Assembly: GCA_900539595.1 (NCBI GenBank) | Contig: UQCQ01000001.1 | Span: 80,626-144,625 of the forward strand | Length of the DNA stretch: 64,000 bases | DNA from: an uncultured Mollicutes bacterium | GTDB lineage: Bacteria; Bacillota_I; Bacilli_A; RFN20; CAG-826 | Direction of reading: 5' to 3' | In this document: positions 48,033 to 56,939 of the stretch, piece after piece | Position numbering within the stretch: the first letter of the stretch is position 1 | Layout: the number at the start of each line of letters is the position of its first letter | Program-made: the position numbers and the translations under genes | Notes under the pieces: model-generated | Told to the model about the DNA's origin: nothing | What the model saw: only the letters and a program-made list of their open reading frames with translations | Databases searched by the model: none

Positions 48033-50000
48033 TTAGATACCCCAAGTCGCATAGACGGAGTCGATGAAATAGTGTTCCATGTGCTCGACCATGCCGATCG
48101 ATTCCGCATCCTTACGGAAGGCTAGCCGCATTTGACGGAGTTCTTCCGGGGCATAGGTTCCGCCATGTAAATTACAAAGCGCAAAGCGGGGGAACATGGT
48201 TTCGATGAGGATGTGTTTGCTTAACGTTGTATAAAGGGAGCTATCCGTCGTTTTGTATTTTTCGATGGTTTTATACGCTTCCTCCATCTTGTCGACCCAG
48301 TTCACGAGCATCTGCTTCGGCCAATATTCGGCTTTGCTGCCGATTTCTTGGTAAACGCCTCCGCCAAGTCCATAGACTTCGGGTTTGCTTTCCAAATAAG
48401 TTTCCCATCCGGTCAATTCTTCGAAATATTCCCGCATGATGGGGGCAGCGTCTTTAAAGTAATTCGTGAAGAATTTCTCGCTGTAATCCGTGTAATTCGC
48501 GTTGACGTCGAACTGGGCTTTGCTATTCAAATATTCTTTGAGTTTGCCAAAGCAAGTGACGTTCGCGTTATAACGTTGCCCTTCGTTATACATAACGGAG
48601 GCGCCTTTGGATTTGACGAAGCGGTAATTCTTCATCATCGTCGCATAGGTGTTATACGGATAGATGTAATGGTGATAATCCGTTTCATAAAGCCATGCGG
48701 TGATGTGATCCGCGTAATGGCTCCAGGTTTCAAACGTATCCGCGTACATCGCGTTTTCTTTGTCATAGAACGTTTTGGTGTAATTCGCGTGAAGGGGGGC
48801 GATCATGACGGAGACGTCTGGGTTGCACTTTAAAGTCGGGTCTTCTTCTACCGAAACCGTCGGGGCTTGGAGGGAAGAAAGGTAAGCGAAGAATTGAAGG
48901 TGGATCGTGCGCTTTTCGCTATGAGTCTTTTCCGCTTCTTCTTGTAGATACGCCTGGAGTTTATCGTCAAGGCGGTTGATGAAGCGAATGACCGCGCCCG
49001 AAATCGTCCCGCCATCTTTTTCGATGGAAGCTTTGCAGGCATCGCATTGGCAGCAGTTGCCCACATCGTTATCCGTGAAATTGAGCATCTCGGAATCCGT
49101 TTTGTATTCCACGGATTTTTTGACGGTTTCAAAAGCTGTATCGACCATTAAATCGAGGGATTCCTTATCCCCGTGGGCGGTATAGCAAAGCTGTTCGCGT
49201 CCATCGGAGAACCATTCGGGATGGTACATCTCCGTATTGGAGGCGTCGCAATGCAAATCCGGATCCAAGAAATTGAAGACGTTATGGACCGTCTTCGGTG
49301 TGGCTTTGGGATTTTCCGTCGCCGGAACGATATAGGAATAAAGGGTCGAGAAGCCTAAACCGTATTTGGTCTTTTCGGTGAAGTTGTTGATCGGGTGGGC
49401 CCAGTCGAAGTCGGGGCGTTCCTTGATTTCCATATCCGGCATCACGGACCCATCTCTTTCATAGATGACCGTATCTTCGGAAATCATGTCGTAACCCACC
49501 ACGTGACGTAAGAAGGTTAGGGCTCCTTGCTGATATCCGGAAAGGCGGTGGGCCATGAGGAAGACGTTATTCCCGTAGCTTGAAATATAATATCCCGCGA
49601 TACCAAGGGTCTTGTAATCGGGCATGGTTTTGCCCGCATCGTCAAAGAGGTCGCTGCTTCCCACGATGATATAGTGGTCGGCACGGGAGATGTCCTCATC
49701 GAATTGGCTGATATCAAGGGAAGTCATCATCGCTCCCGTCGCGTTGTAGACGTTAGAAACGATATAGGCCGCGGCCTGGGCAGCTCCTTTTTGCTTGCTA
49801 TCGTAGATGACTTGATATTCCGTCGAGCCATCTTTGACGAATTCGCGGTTCCCATAACGGACCGAGACATCGTGAAGGGTGCCTGTCGTTAATAAAGGAT
49901 AGCCCTCATCATCATAGGCGACGACTTTTTGGGACGGTCCCGAGCAAGAAGCGAGGGTGAGCAGCGAGAGTCCGAGAATCTTTTGGAATGTTCTTTTCAT
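48033..50000 (-). CDS. surface lipoprotein with a conserved CCQCDAC cysteine cluster; possibly a DUF4838-like glycan-binding or hydrolase-like protein
   Basis: MKRTFQKILGLSLLTLASCSG lipobox. RBS AAGGAGG. Length 655 aa. The family assignment is uncertain. Confidence 0.7.
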   Translation of the reverse strand: MKRTFQKILGLSLLTLASCSGPSQKVVAYDDEGYPLLTTGTLHDVSVRYGNREFVKDGSTEYQVIYDSKQKGAAQAAAYIVSNVYNATGAMMTSLDISQFDEDISRADHYIIVGSSDLFDDAGKTMPDYKTLGIAGYYISSYGNNVFLMAHRLSGYQQGALTFLRHVVGYDMISEDTVIYERDGSVMPDMEIKERPDFDWAHPINNFTEKTKYGLGFSTLYSYIVPATENPKATPKTVHNVFNFLDPDLHCDASNTEMYHPEWFSDGREQLCYTAHGDKESLDLMVDTAFETVKKSVEYKTDSEMLNFTDNDVGNCCQCDACKASIEKDGGTISGAVIRFINRLDDKLQAYLQEEAEKTHSEKRTIHLQFFAYLSSLQAPTVSVEEDPTLKCNPDVSVMIAPLHANYTKTFYDKENAMYADTFETWSHYADHITAWLYETDYHHYIYPYNTYATMMKNYRFVKSKGASVMYNEGQRYNANVTCFGKLKEYLNSKAQFDVNANYTDYSEKFFTNYFKDAAPIMREYFEELTGWETYLESKPEVYGLGGGVYQEIGSKAEYWPKQMLVNWVDKMEEAYKTIEKYKTTDSSLYTTLSKHILIETMFPRFALCNLHGGTYAPEELRQMRLAFRKDAESIGMVEHMEHYFIDSVYATWGI

Positions 50001-50012
50001 TTTCTTTCCTCC

Positions 50013-53000
50013 TTAGGCTTTCGTAACCACGGTTTCAAAAGACTTGGAAACGATGTTCCCCGCTTCATCCATCACGCGGATCATGAAGCGATAGGTTCCT
50101 TCTTCTTGGAAGGTATAGGCCGTATAGGATTCATCGAGATAACGATAGTCTCCTCGCGGAGTAAGCATCACGCGTTGGATGATGAGGTTTTCCGTTTTGG
50201 TGATGTTGTCGCTAGCGGTGAATTCGGGGAGAAGAATGGTTTCCCCAACCTTGGCTTCTTTCTTCATGCCCGTAGAGAATTCAACGACCGGGGCAACGTC
50301 ATCATAGACGCTAACATAGTAGCTGATCGTTAATTCCGAACCATTGGAGAGGAAACGAGAATCTTCAATCGTGGTCAAGGTGAAGTAATATTGGCCGTAT
50401 TCTTCGAGGGAAATGTCGTACCCCTTCGTTGGATCGGCTTTTTGGAGAAGGGTTCCATCCAATGCTTTCACAGGCTGTCCGCTCGGAGAGAGGACATCCA
50501 AGGTGAAGACAGTATTAGGAGAGAGAACGTCGAAGGAATAGGCGGGATCGATATGGTAGGTCGTATGGATATTTCGGGTTCCGCCGTAATTATCATCCAT
50601 TTGGACGACCGGGCTCACGCGGTCTCTGGCGGTTCTAGAAGAGAAGCCGCATTGGCAGAAATTCACGAAATGGAGGTTCGCGCCAACCGGGCAATTTTCG
50701 AATTCGAGGCTCATGTATCCTTTTAAGGATTCAAAGCCTTGGAACGCGTCTCCGCTTGCAAAGGCCTTAACTGGGAGAGCAATGTCGCCACAAGTGAAGG
50801 AGCCGTTTTTATAGCCAAGAACGTAGTTGTTATTTCCCACGTTGATGTCGTTATTCACTAGCACGCTCTTCGTTCCATTCACCTCAAAGGTGGTCACGTC
50901 GTTATTTAAGGCGATACGGGCTTCGATTTGGTTCTCGTCGTTAGCAAAATCGGTGATGCGAACCACGATTCCGCTATGATTGGCAAATCCAAGCAACGCT
51001 TTGATATCAAGGCTAAAGGAATCCAAATAGAACGGGGTGACAAAATCGAATTTGGCTTCTTCTTTCGTCGTCGTTAGAAGCATGCCATCATCGGGGGTAA
51101 GTTCCTTTTTGATGCCATCGCTCATCAAATAATTGGTCAAATTGATGGAACGGGCGCTACTTTCGGTGCCCATGTTCTTCATCACGACGATTTCATCGCT
51201 TTGAAGGACTTCGTCCCCGCATTTGGCCTTAATGGTCACCTTATCTTTATTATGGATAATGACGGGGCAGAAATCCTCGTTGGCATAGGTCTTGGTTCCG
51301 TTAGAATCCGTTACTTCCAAGGTCAGTTGCTTTTCCGTCAACGCGCCGTTTTCATAATAGAAAACCTTTTCGGTGGGGAATTCGTAATAGCCACCAGAAA
51401 CCAGATACTTCGGATAATGGATTTTCTTCTCTAAAATCGGCTTTTTGCTATCCACGACTCGAATATCAAACCCTTTTTCACTCACTTGGCCGATCATGTC
51501 GGTCACGCGGTACATCACTTTATAGGTTTTGAGTTCGGTGATGCGGAATCCATTTCCTTCGATGGGGAAACGCTTCCCATCTACTTCGTAATAGGCTTCC
51601 ACGGTCTTCTCGCCGACTCCGCCGCGAGTAGCGATCTTCTTATTCACGGAAAAGAAATCACCCACCGCGATATGGTCCTCATGGGCAGGCATATCAAAAT
51701 CTGGCTTATCCATGTTTTTGAATACGCTGATGGTATGGAGGCTTTCCGCTTTGTTGCCCGCTTTATCGTAAGAGGTATAGCAAATCGTATAGGTACCTTC
51801 TTTATCCATATAGAATTTGCCGTCTTTGATTTTGACGCTCGTGCGGTCGGAAGAGAAATAGTTGTAGAACACTTCCGTCTTCACCGGGCAGTCCAAGGAG
51901 ACTTGGTCATAGGCTTTGGCCGTAGGGACTGGGTAATAATAACCAACCGCTCCGTTAGGCAACGAATCGAAATCGGTATCGATGCTGATTTCTGGTTCTT
52001 CCGAATCGGTGAAGGAATTGTCCGCCATTTGCTTCGCGGAGACCCCAGCTACTTCGCTGATGACGAAATTCGCGGTCGATCCGCTATAGCTTTCCGCGTA
52101 AATGGACAAAAACGCGCGGTTACTCGTAAATCCTGTCCAGGCCGTTTCCACTTGAGTCGGAACTTCATCCAAATCCAAAACGGTGTCGAGGGTTTGGCCT
52201 TTGCCAAATCCCGTTCCATAAACCACTTTGTTCGCATAATTGAATCCGAAAACGAATTGGGCTTCATCAATGGTGTCTTTGTAGCCGTTTTTATCTTTCA
52301 TGTAGCCATCGAAGACCACGCCGGACCACAAGCCGTATTTATCGTTGGTATGAAGGCCCTGAGTTTGATGGATACCAGCAAAATAAGGCTGGGCATCGCT
52401 GCGGGCCATCGCGGAGGAAGAGTGGGTGGTTCTGCCATCTCCGCCGGTTTCTACGTGAGAGTAATAACAAAGAATGACGAATTTGTTCGGATCATCCGCA
52501 TCCGTCAATTTGATGAACAATTGGTTAAAGTCCACGGACCCCTTGCTTAACGGAGCAATATACCCCTTCACCAAGGCGGTCGTGTCATTCATCTCATCCA
52601 AATAAATGGGTTTGGTGAAATTTAAGGTATCCCCCATGCCGAGTTTGACATACATCCCCGCGGTTCCCGCGGCTCCTAATTCCTTGGATTGCTCCGCGGT
52701 GATGTATTCGATGGAGGATTTTTCGCGGTTCCCGACGCGCATCTGAGGAAATCCCACCTTAATTTGCTTGGTGATGTTATGGATTTCCCCATTCACAAGC
52801 ACGGAATATTCAAAGGTATGAACCCCGGCTTGGTCCAAAAACAAAGTCGAATCGGCGCTTTGGGTGCCATCGGGGAAAGTCACGATGACACTCGCGGGAT
52901 AAGAAACGCCATTGAGCTCATAACTCATCTTGGGGACTTGGTAAGAGGTGCCAAAACTGGGATCGCCTTCTTGAAAATCGCTCCAACCAGCTGCCCTTAA

Positions 53001-53105
53001 AACATCCTGTTGAAACGAGGCTTGGAAGCGCGGAGAGAGATCGGCGACCATTCCTACTCCTGCTAGGAGGAGAACGGCGGATAGAAACAGGTTCTTCGCT
53101 TTCAT
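50013..53105 (-). CDS. 1030-aa secreted multi-domain surface protein with repeated Ig-like (HYR/DUF5011-type) domains
   Basis: N-terminal signal sequence MKAKNLFLSAVLLLAGVGMVA. Repeated motifs such as TYTICYTSYDKAGNKAESL and TYRFMIRVMDEAGN. ATG 53105; the track's TTG extension was rejected. Confidence 0.75.
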   Translation of the reverse strand: MKAKNLFLSAVLLLAGVGMVADLSPRFQASFQQDVLRAAGWSDFQEGDPSFGTSYQVPKMSYELNGVSYPASVIVTFPDGTQSADSTLFLDQAGVHTFEYSVLVNGEIHNITKQIKVGFPQMRVGNREKSSIEYITAEQSKELGAAGTAGMYVKLGMGDTLNFTKPIYLDEMNDTTALVKGYIAPLSKGSVDFNQLFIKLTDADDPNKFVILCYYSHVETGGDGRTTHSSSAMARSDAQPYFAGIHQTQGLHTNDKYGLWSGVVFDGYMKDKNGYKDTIDEAQFVFGFNYANKVVYGTGFGKGQTLDTVLDLDEVPTQVETAWTGFTSNRAFLSIYAESYSGSTANFVISEVAGVSAKQMADNSFTDSEEPEISIDTDFDSLPNGAVGYYYPVPTAKAYDQVSLDCPVKTEVFYNYFSSDRTSVKIKDGKFYMDKEGTYTICYTSYDKAGNKAESLHTISVFKNMDKPDFDMPAHEDHIAVGDFFSVNKKIATRGGVGEKTVEAYYEVDGKRFPIEGNGFRITELKTYKVMYRVTDMIGQVSEKGFDIRVVDSKKPILEKKIHYPKYLVSGGYYEFPTEKVFYYENGALTEKQLTLEVTDSNGTKTYANEDFCPVIIHNKDKVTIKAKCGDEVLQSDEIVVMKNMGTESSARSINLTNYLMSDGIKKELTPDDGMLLTTTKEEAKFDFVTPFYLDSFSLDIKALLGFANHSGIVVRITDFANDENQIEARIALNNDVTTFEVNGTKSVLVNNDINVGNNNYVLGYKNGSFTCGDIALPVKAFASGDAFQGFESLKGYMSLEFENCPVGANLHFVNFCQCGFSSRTARDRVSPVVQMDDNYGGTRNIHTTYHIDPAYSFDVLSPNTVFTLDVLSPSGQPVKALDGTLLQKADPTKGYDISLEEYGQYYFTLTTIEDSRFLSNGSELTISYYVSVYDDVAPVVEFSTGMKKEAKVGETILLPEFTASDNITKTENLIIQRVMLTPRGDYRYLDESYTAYTFQEEGTYRFMIRVMDEAGNIVSKSFETVVTKA

Positions 53106-53123
53106 ATGTTGATATCCTTTCAA

Positions 53124-54035
53124 TTAACCTTTGATGCCACCCATGGTTAAGCTACCCATGAAGCGATCCTTGAAGATTGCAAATAGCGTAACCACCGGGA
53201 GGGAGGAGAGAATGACCATGTTGAAGGCATAGACGCCGGTTTTGAGTTTGGTGTCCCCGGGGACGCCGGTACCGGCAATGAGTTGCCATAGCACATAGCC
53301 AAGAGTTGGTTTATCGAGTAAATAAACCATTGGGGTCTGGTAGTCGTTCCAGAACGTGACGAAGTTGATGAGGACGATGGTTAAGAAAACGTTACGGACA
53401 AGGGGGAAGCCAATCCGGAAGAGGATCTGCCAATTATTCGCTCCATCGATTTTTGCCGCTTCGAAGTAGCCATCCGGCATGCTCTTGAACGAAGCGTACA
53501 TCACAAAGAAATAAAGGCCGAGCATGTTGGCTTTAAGCATAATGACGCCCGCCATGTTGTTGACAAGACCCAGGGCGTAAGCTAGCTTCAATTCCGAGGG
53601 AAGAGAGCCAACAATCGGAATCATCATGGCAACTAGCACAGCCGTATAGACGATTTTGCTCGTTTTGAATTCAAACCTCGCGCAGGCATAAGCCGCAAGG
53701 CAGGGGACGAGGGTTTTGACGAAGGCCGAACCCACGGAATAAATCAAGGAGTTCAAAACGACGTTGAGGAGGGTGGATTCGCCGCCACTGCTTTTGGAGA
53801 TGTGGACCAATTTAAAGATTTCGAACAAATTGAAATAGAATTTCTTGTTCGTCATCATCAAATAGGTGCCGCTGAAATCCGCACGTTCCGGAGAACGGGT
53901 GGAAACGAAGAGGGCGTAGGCCAATAAGCCAAAGAGAATGGTCGTGTAGAGAAGTAAAATGACCATGATGATGATGGGGAACACGGTCAATTTGTTGCTG
54001 CGCATCCGATCTTTTTTACGTACTAATTTATGCAT
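53124..54035 (-). CDS. carbohydrate ABC transporter permease (LplC/YtcP-like)
   Basis: 6 TM with an EAA-like loop (EAAKIDGAN). ATG 54035 after the TGA-TTG junction. Confidence 0.85.
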   Translation of the reverse strand: MHKLVRKKDRMRSNKLTVFPIIIMVILLLYTTILFGLLAYALFVSTRSPERADFSGTYLMMTNKKFYFNLFEIFKLVHISKSSGGESTLLNVVLNSLIYSVGSAFVKTLVPCLAAYACARFEFKTSKIVYTAVLVAMMIPIVGSLPSELKLAYALGLVNNMAGVIMLKANMLGLYFFVMYASFKSMPDGYFEAAKIDGANNWQILFRIGFPLVRNVFLTIVLINFVTFWNDYQTPMVYLLDKPTLGYVLWQLIAGTGVPGDTKLKTGVYAFNMVILSSLPVVTLFAIFKDRFMGSLTMGGIKG

Positions 54036-54038
54036 CAA

Positions 54039-54974
54039 TCAGTCCTCCCTTGGGCCGAAGCGCTCCAGCAAATATTTGACCCCGAAAACAAGGGGAATCG
54101 TGATGAAGGTGCAAATTAAGCCGAATGCCGCCATTTGATGGAAGGCTTCCGCTTGGTAATTGCCCTGAACCGCATATTGTTGAATGTTGTTATAGATGAC
54201 ATATCCTGCAGGACCAGGGCCAAGGTTATTGAGATTCGAGCCAAAGAAAGTGAATAACGAATATTGGTTCACGAACATCGTGGCGATTCCCGTGACAATG
54301 AAGGTCGACAAAGTAGGAAAGGTAAGGGGGAGGGAGATGCTGAAGAATTCCCGGATGTGGCTCACTCCATCGAGCTGAGCCGCCTCATAGATATCGGTAG
54401 GAATCTCACTCATCTTATTCGAATAGATAAGGGTCGTCGTCCCGAAGTTGATGAAGGCATCGAAAAGAATAATCGTGATATAGGTGGTCTTTCGATCGGT
54501 GGCCAAAATATTGATGACCTTATCCGCGGGTAAATGTTCATGGGCAAAATAAAGGATTTCCAGGTCATTGAAATATTTGAAGAGAATGATCATGACCGTC
54601 GCGGAAAGAATCGAAGGCAAGAACAAGACGAATCGATAGAATTTGCTCCCTACAAAGCGTCTAGAAATGTAATAGGCGAAAAGGAGAGACAAAGGAATCG
54701 ATAAGACGGCGCTGCAGAGATAGAGAATCACCGCAATCCCCATGGATTCCAGGTAGATATAGCTTCCGCCTTCTTGTTGGAAACATTGGGCGAAGTAATA
54801 GAAGAATCCGCCATTGGGGTTGGCGTCCGCCCCGTAGTTGAAGGCGAGAAGGATCGAATTGAAATTAACGAAAAGATAGAAGACGCAAAACTGAAGGACA
54901 GGCCAGGCAAGAAGGATTAAGTGGAAAGCCAAATCCTTCTTGCGGTCTGGAGTACTCTTATGCTTTCGGCGCAT
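54039..54974 (-). CDS. carbohydrate ABC transporter permease (LplB-like)
   Basis: EAA loop (YEAAQLDGVSH). ATG 54974 overlaps the SBP stop (TAATG). Confidence 0.85.
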   Translation of the reverse strand: MRRKHKSTPDRKKDLAFHLILLAWPVLQFCVFYLFVNFNSILLAFNYGADANPNGGFFYYFAQCFQQEGGSYIYLESMGIAVILYLCSAVLSIPLSLLFAYYISRRFVGSKFYRFVLFLPSILSATVMIILFKYFNDLEILYFAHEHLPADKVINILATDRKTTYITIILFDAFINFGTTTLIYSNKMSEIPTDIYEAAQLDGVSHIREFFSISLPLTFPTLSTFIVTGIATMFVNQYSLFTFFGSNLNNLGPGPAGYVIYNNIQQYAVQGNYQAEAFHQMAAFGLICTFITIPLVFGVKYLLERFGPRED

Positions 54975-56692
54975 TATTTCATCCCGGCCCAAACGGTGTC
55001 TTTGTAATATTTATACATCTTGGCTTGATATTGCCCCGCGGTCAGGCCTTTGTCGTTGATGAAATCATCTTGCGGGAAATATTTGGCCGAGGAGGTCGCG
55101 TATCTTCTGGAAGAAAGCTGCTGTCCAAGTCCATTGGTATATTGGGTGGTGCGGCTTTCTGGGATGATGACTTCGCTATGATGGAAGTGTTCCCAATAAT
55201 TCTTACCGAAGTTGCTCATTTCCGCTTTATCCGCGTCGGTGATGTCGTATTGGAAATACTTGATCGCGTTGGTGGTGCGAGTGAATTCGCGGTAGGCTTC
55301 GTCGGTATTCATGTATTGGAGGAAGTCGCCGGCGAGTTTCCGTTTGGAATCATGGAGCCCCTTTTTAAGGAAGACCAAGGATCCGAGGGCACCAAGCGAA
55401 GTTTGCTTGGTGTTGGAATGCTCATCCGCGCGGGGGAGGGGCATCCAGCCAAAGTCCAACTGGCTCTTTTCGCTTTCGGCAAGAGAAGAGATGACTTCGC
55501 TGGCTTCCGATTCCCACCAATCGCCTTCCACGATCATCGCGATGGATTTGTTCTTCTGCTCCTGGTGAGCATTTAAACGTCCAAATTGAGAATTGATGAA
55601 GAAGTTTTGGGCATCAAGGTGGTTCGTGCTGTCGGTGACCAAATTGCAAAGCCATTTGTCTTTATTGGTGACCACGGTGCGGACAAAGTTCAAGGCGTGG
55701 TATTTGCCGGCCATACGTTGGACTTCATATCCGTCGTATTTGTTATCAACGCGATTAGGATGAACCGTCACTTCTTCCGTAACGGGCGAGCCGTCGGAAT
55801 TTAGCACAACATCCGTGCCTTTCTCATTGAATTTCACGCAGGTGATCTTGCCATCCATCGTGTAATTCACTTTGTTTTGGCTGGGTCCATCATAGAAAGC
55901 GGAAAGGGAATTGAGCAACATGCCAAAGTAATCTTTCGCGTTGCCTTCGCCTCTCCAAACAAAGGGAATCTGCTTTCCTTCATAGATATAATTCACGAGT
56001 TCGAAGAATTCGGCATAGGTCGTGGGAAGGCCATCGTCCGATGTGCCGTATTTCCCATCGGGTCCCGCGCTCTTTTTCTCATTGGCGTCGGCGATGAAGC
56101 GGAGTTCATTACCCGGGGCTTCGCTTTCATAGCCATCGGCAAAATAGAAATTGTATTTATTGAAGACGGTTTTGTTATAAACGATGCCGAAATTGGAAAC
56201 GTAATGGGGAACCGCATAATAATGGCTTTGTCCCTTGTCATCCATGATATTCATGAAATTAGCAACCCCATCATAGATTTTGCTCTCGATGGTTTTGTCT
56301 TTTTCATAGGGGTTCGTGCCCGTGACGAAATCCGTGATGTCTTCAAAGGCATCATCGCTGATGCAATTGAGGTAATTGAGCCCTTCGAAGAAATAAAGCT
56401 CGCTTTGGTTGTTCTTGATTTCCGCGGTGGACGGGGTCTTCTTTTGATCCGCAATCACGATTTGAACACCGGTTTTCCCGGATTCAAAGGAATCGTTCGC
56501 GTGGAGTTTTTCATAGCGTTCCTTGGCGGAGTAAAGCCATTTATTGCCATAGCCACCTTGATAGCATTTCACGTAAAGCTGGGTTTTGTTCTTATCAATC
56601 GAACTGTCACCGCAGCTGGCTAATCCACCAGCAACACCCGTCAACGCGATTGCGGCGAGAAGGGTCGTTTTCTTGTTCAACTTATACTTCAT
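54974..56692 (-). CDS. large extracellular solute-binding lipoprotein (family 1, LplA-type; oligosaccharide-binding)
   Basis: MKYKLNKKTTLLAAIALTGVAGGLASCG lipobox. 572 aa. RBS AGGAGG. Confidence 0.85.
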   Translation of the reverse strand: MKYKLNKKTTLLAAIALTGVAGGLASCGDSSIDKNKTQLYVKCYQGGYGNKWLYSAKERYEKLHANDSFESGKTGVQIVIADQKKTPSTAEIKNNQSELYFFEGLNYLNCISDDAFEDITDFVTGTNPYEKDKTIESKIYDGVANFMNIMDDKGQSHYYAVPHYVSNFGIVYNKTVFNKYNFYFADGYESEAPGNELRFIADANEKKSAGPDGKYGTSDDGLPTTYAEFFELVNYIYEGKQIPFVWRGEGNAKDYFGMLLNSLSAFYDGPSQNKVNYTMDGKITCVKFNEKGTDVVLNSDGSPVTEEVTVHPNRVDNKYDGYEVQRMAGKYHALNFVRTVVTNKDKWLCNLVTDSTNHLDAQNFFINSQFGRLNAHQEQKNKSIAMIVEGDWWESEASEVISSLAESEKSQLDFGWMPLPRADEHSNTKQTSLGALGSLVFLKKGLHDSKRKLAGDFLQYMNTDEAYREFTRTTNAIKYFQYDITDADKAEMSNFGKNYWEHFHHSEVIIPESRTTQYTNGLGQQLSSRRYATSSAKYFPQDDFINDKGLTAGQYQAKMYKYYKDTVWAGMK

Positions 56693-56751
56693 ATATAAGT
56701 CCTCCTTTAATTACCTAAAAAGGCATAGTGATTGGTTTTAAAAAAGTCTAA

Positions 56752-56765
56752 AGCAAGCGCTTTCA
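56752..56765 (-). promoter_or_regulatory. candidate catabolite-responsive element (cre) upstream of the SBP/permease operon
   Basis: In gene orientation: TGAAAGCGCTTGCT, against the consensus WTGNAANCGNWNNCW. Confidence 0.4.
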
Positions 56766-56904
56766 CGTTTTCAACGAGCGTATCACCATGGATATTATTT
56801 GTGAGAAATTTAATAGGTGCTCTCTTTAGAAAACGGAATAAACCTACGTTTGTTCAGAATCTTTTAAACACAAAACGATAGGTTCATTAAAATCTGACGA
56901 AGCA

Positions 56905-56934
56905 CGGAGGATGACGTTTTTCCGCCATCCTCCG
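56905..56934 (-). terminator. hairpin after the upstream lipoprotein gene (CGGAGGATG...CATCCTCCG); a partial terminator
   Basis: 9-bp stem, 12-nt loop and a weak U-tract. Confidence 0.4.
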
Positions 56935-56939
56935 CAAAA

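Noticed and set aside
51486-56623. Plus-strand ORFs 51486..52550 (354 aa), 55025..55576 and 55877..56623 (248 aa)
   Set aside because: They are antisense shadows of the exoprotein and SBP genes. Their codon boundaries coincide with the sense genes, and they start at TTG without an RBS.
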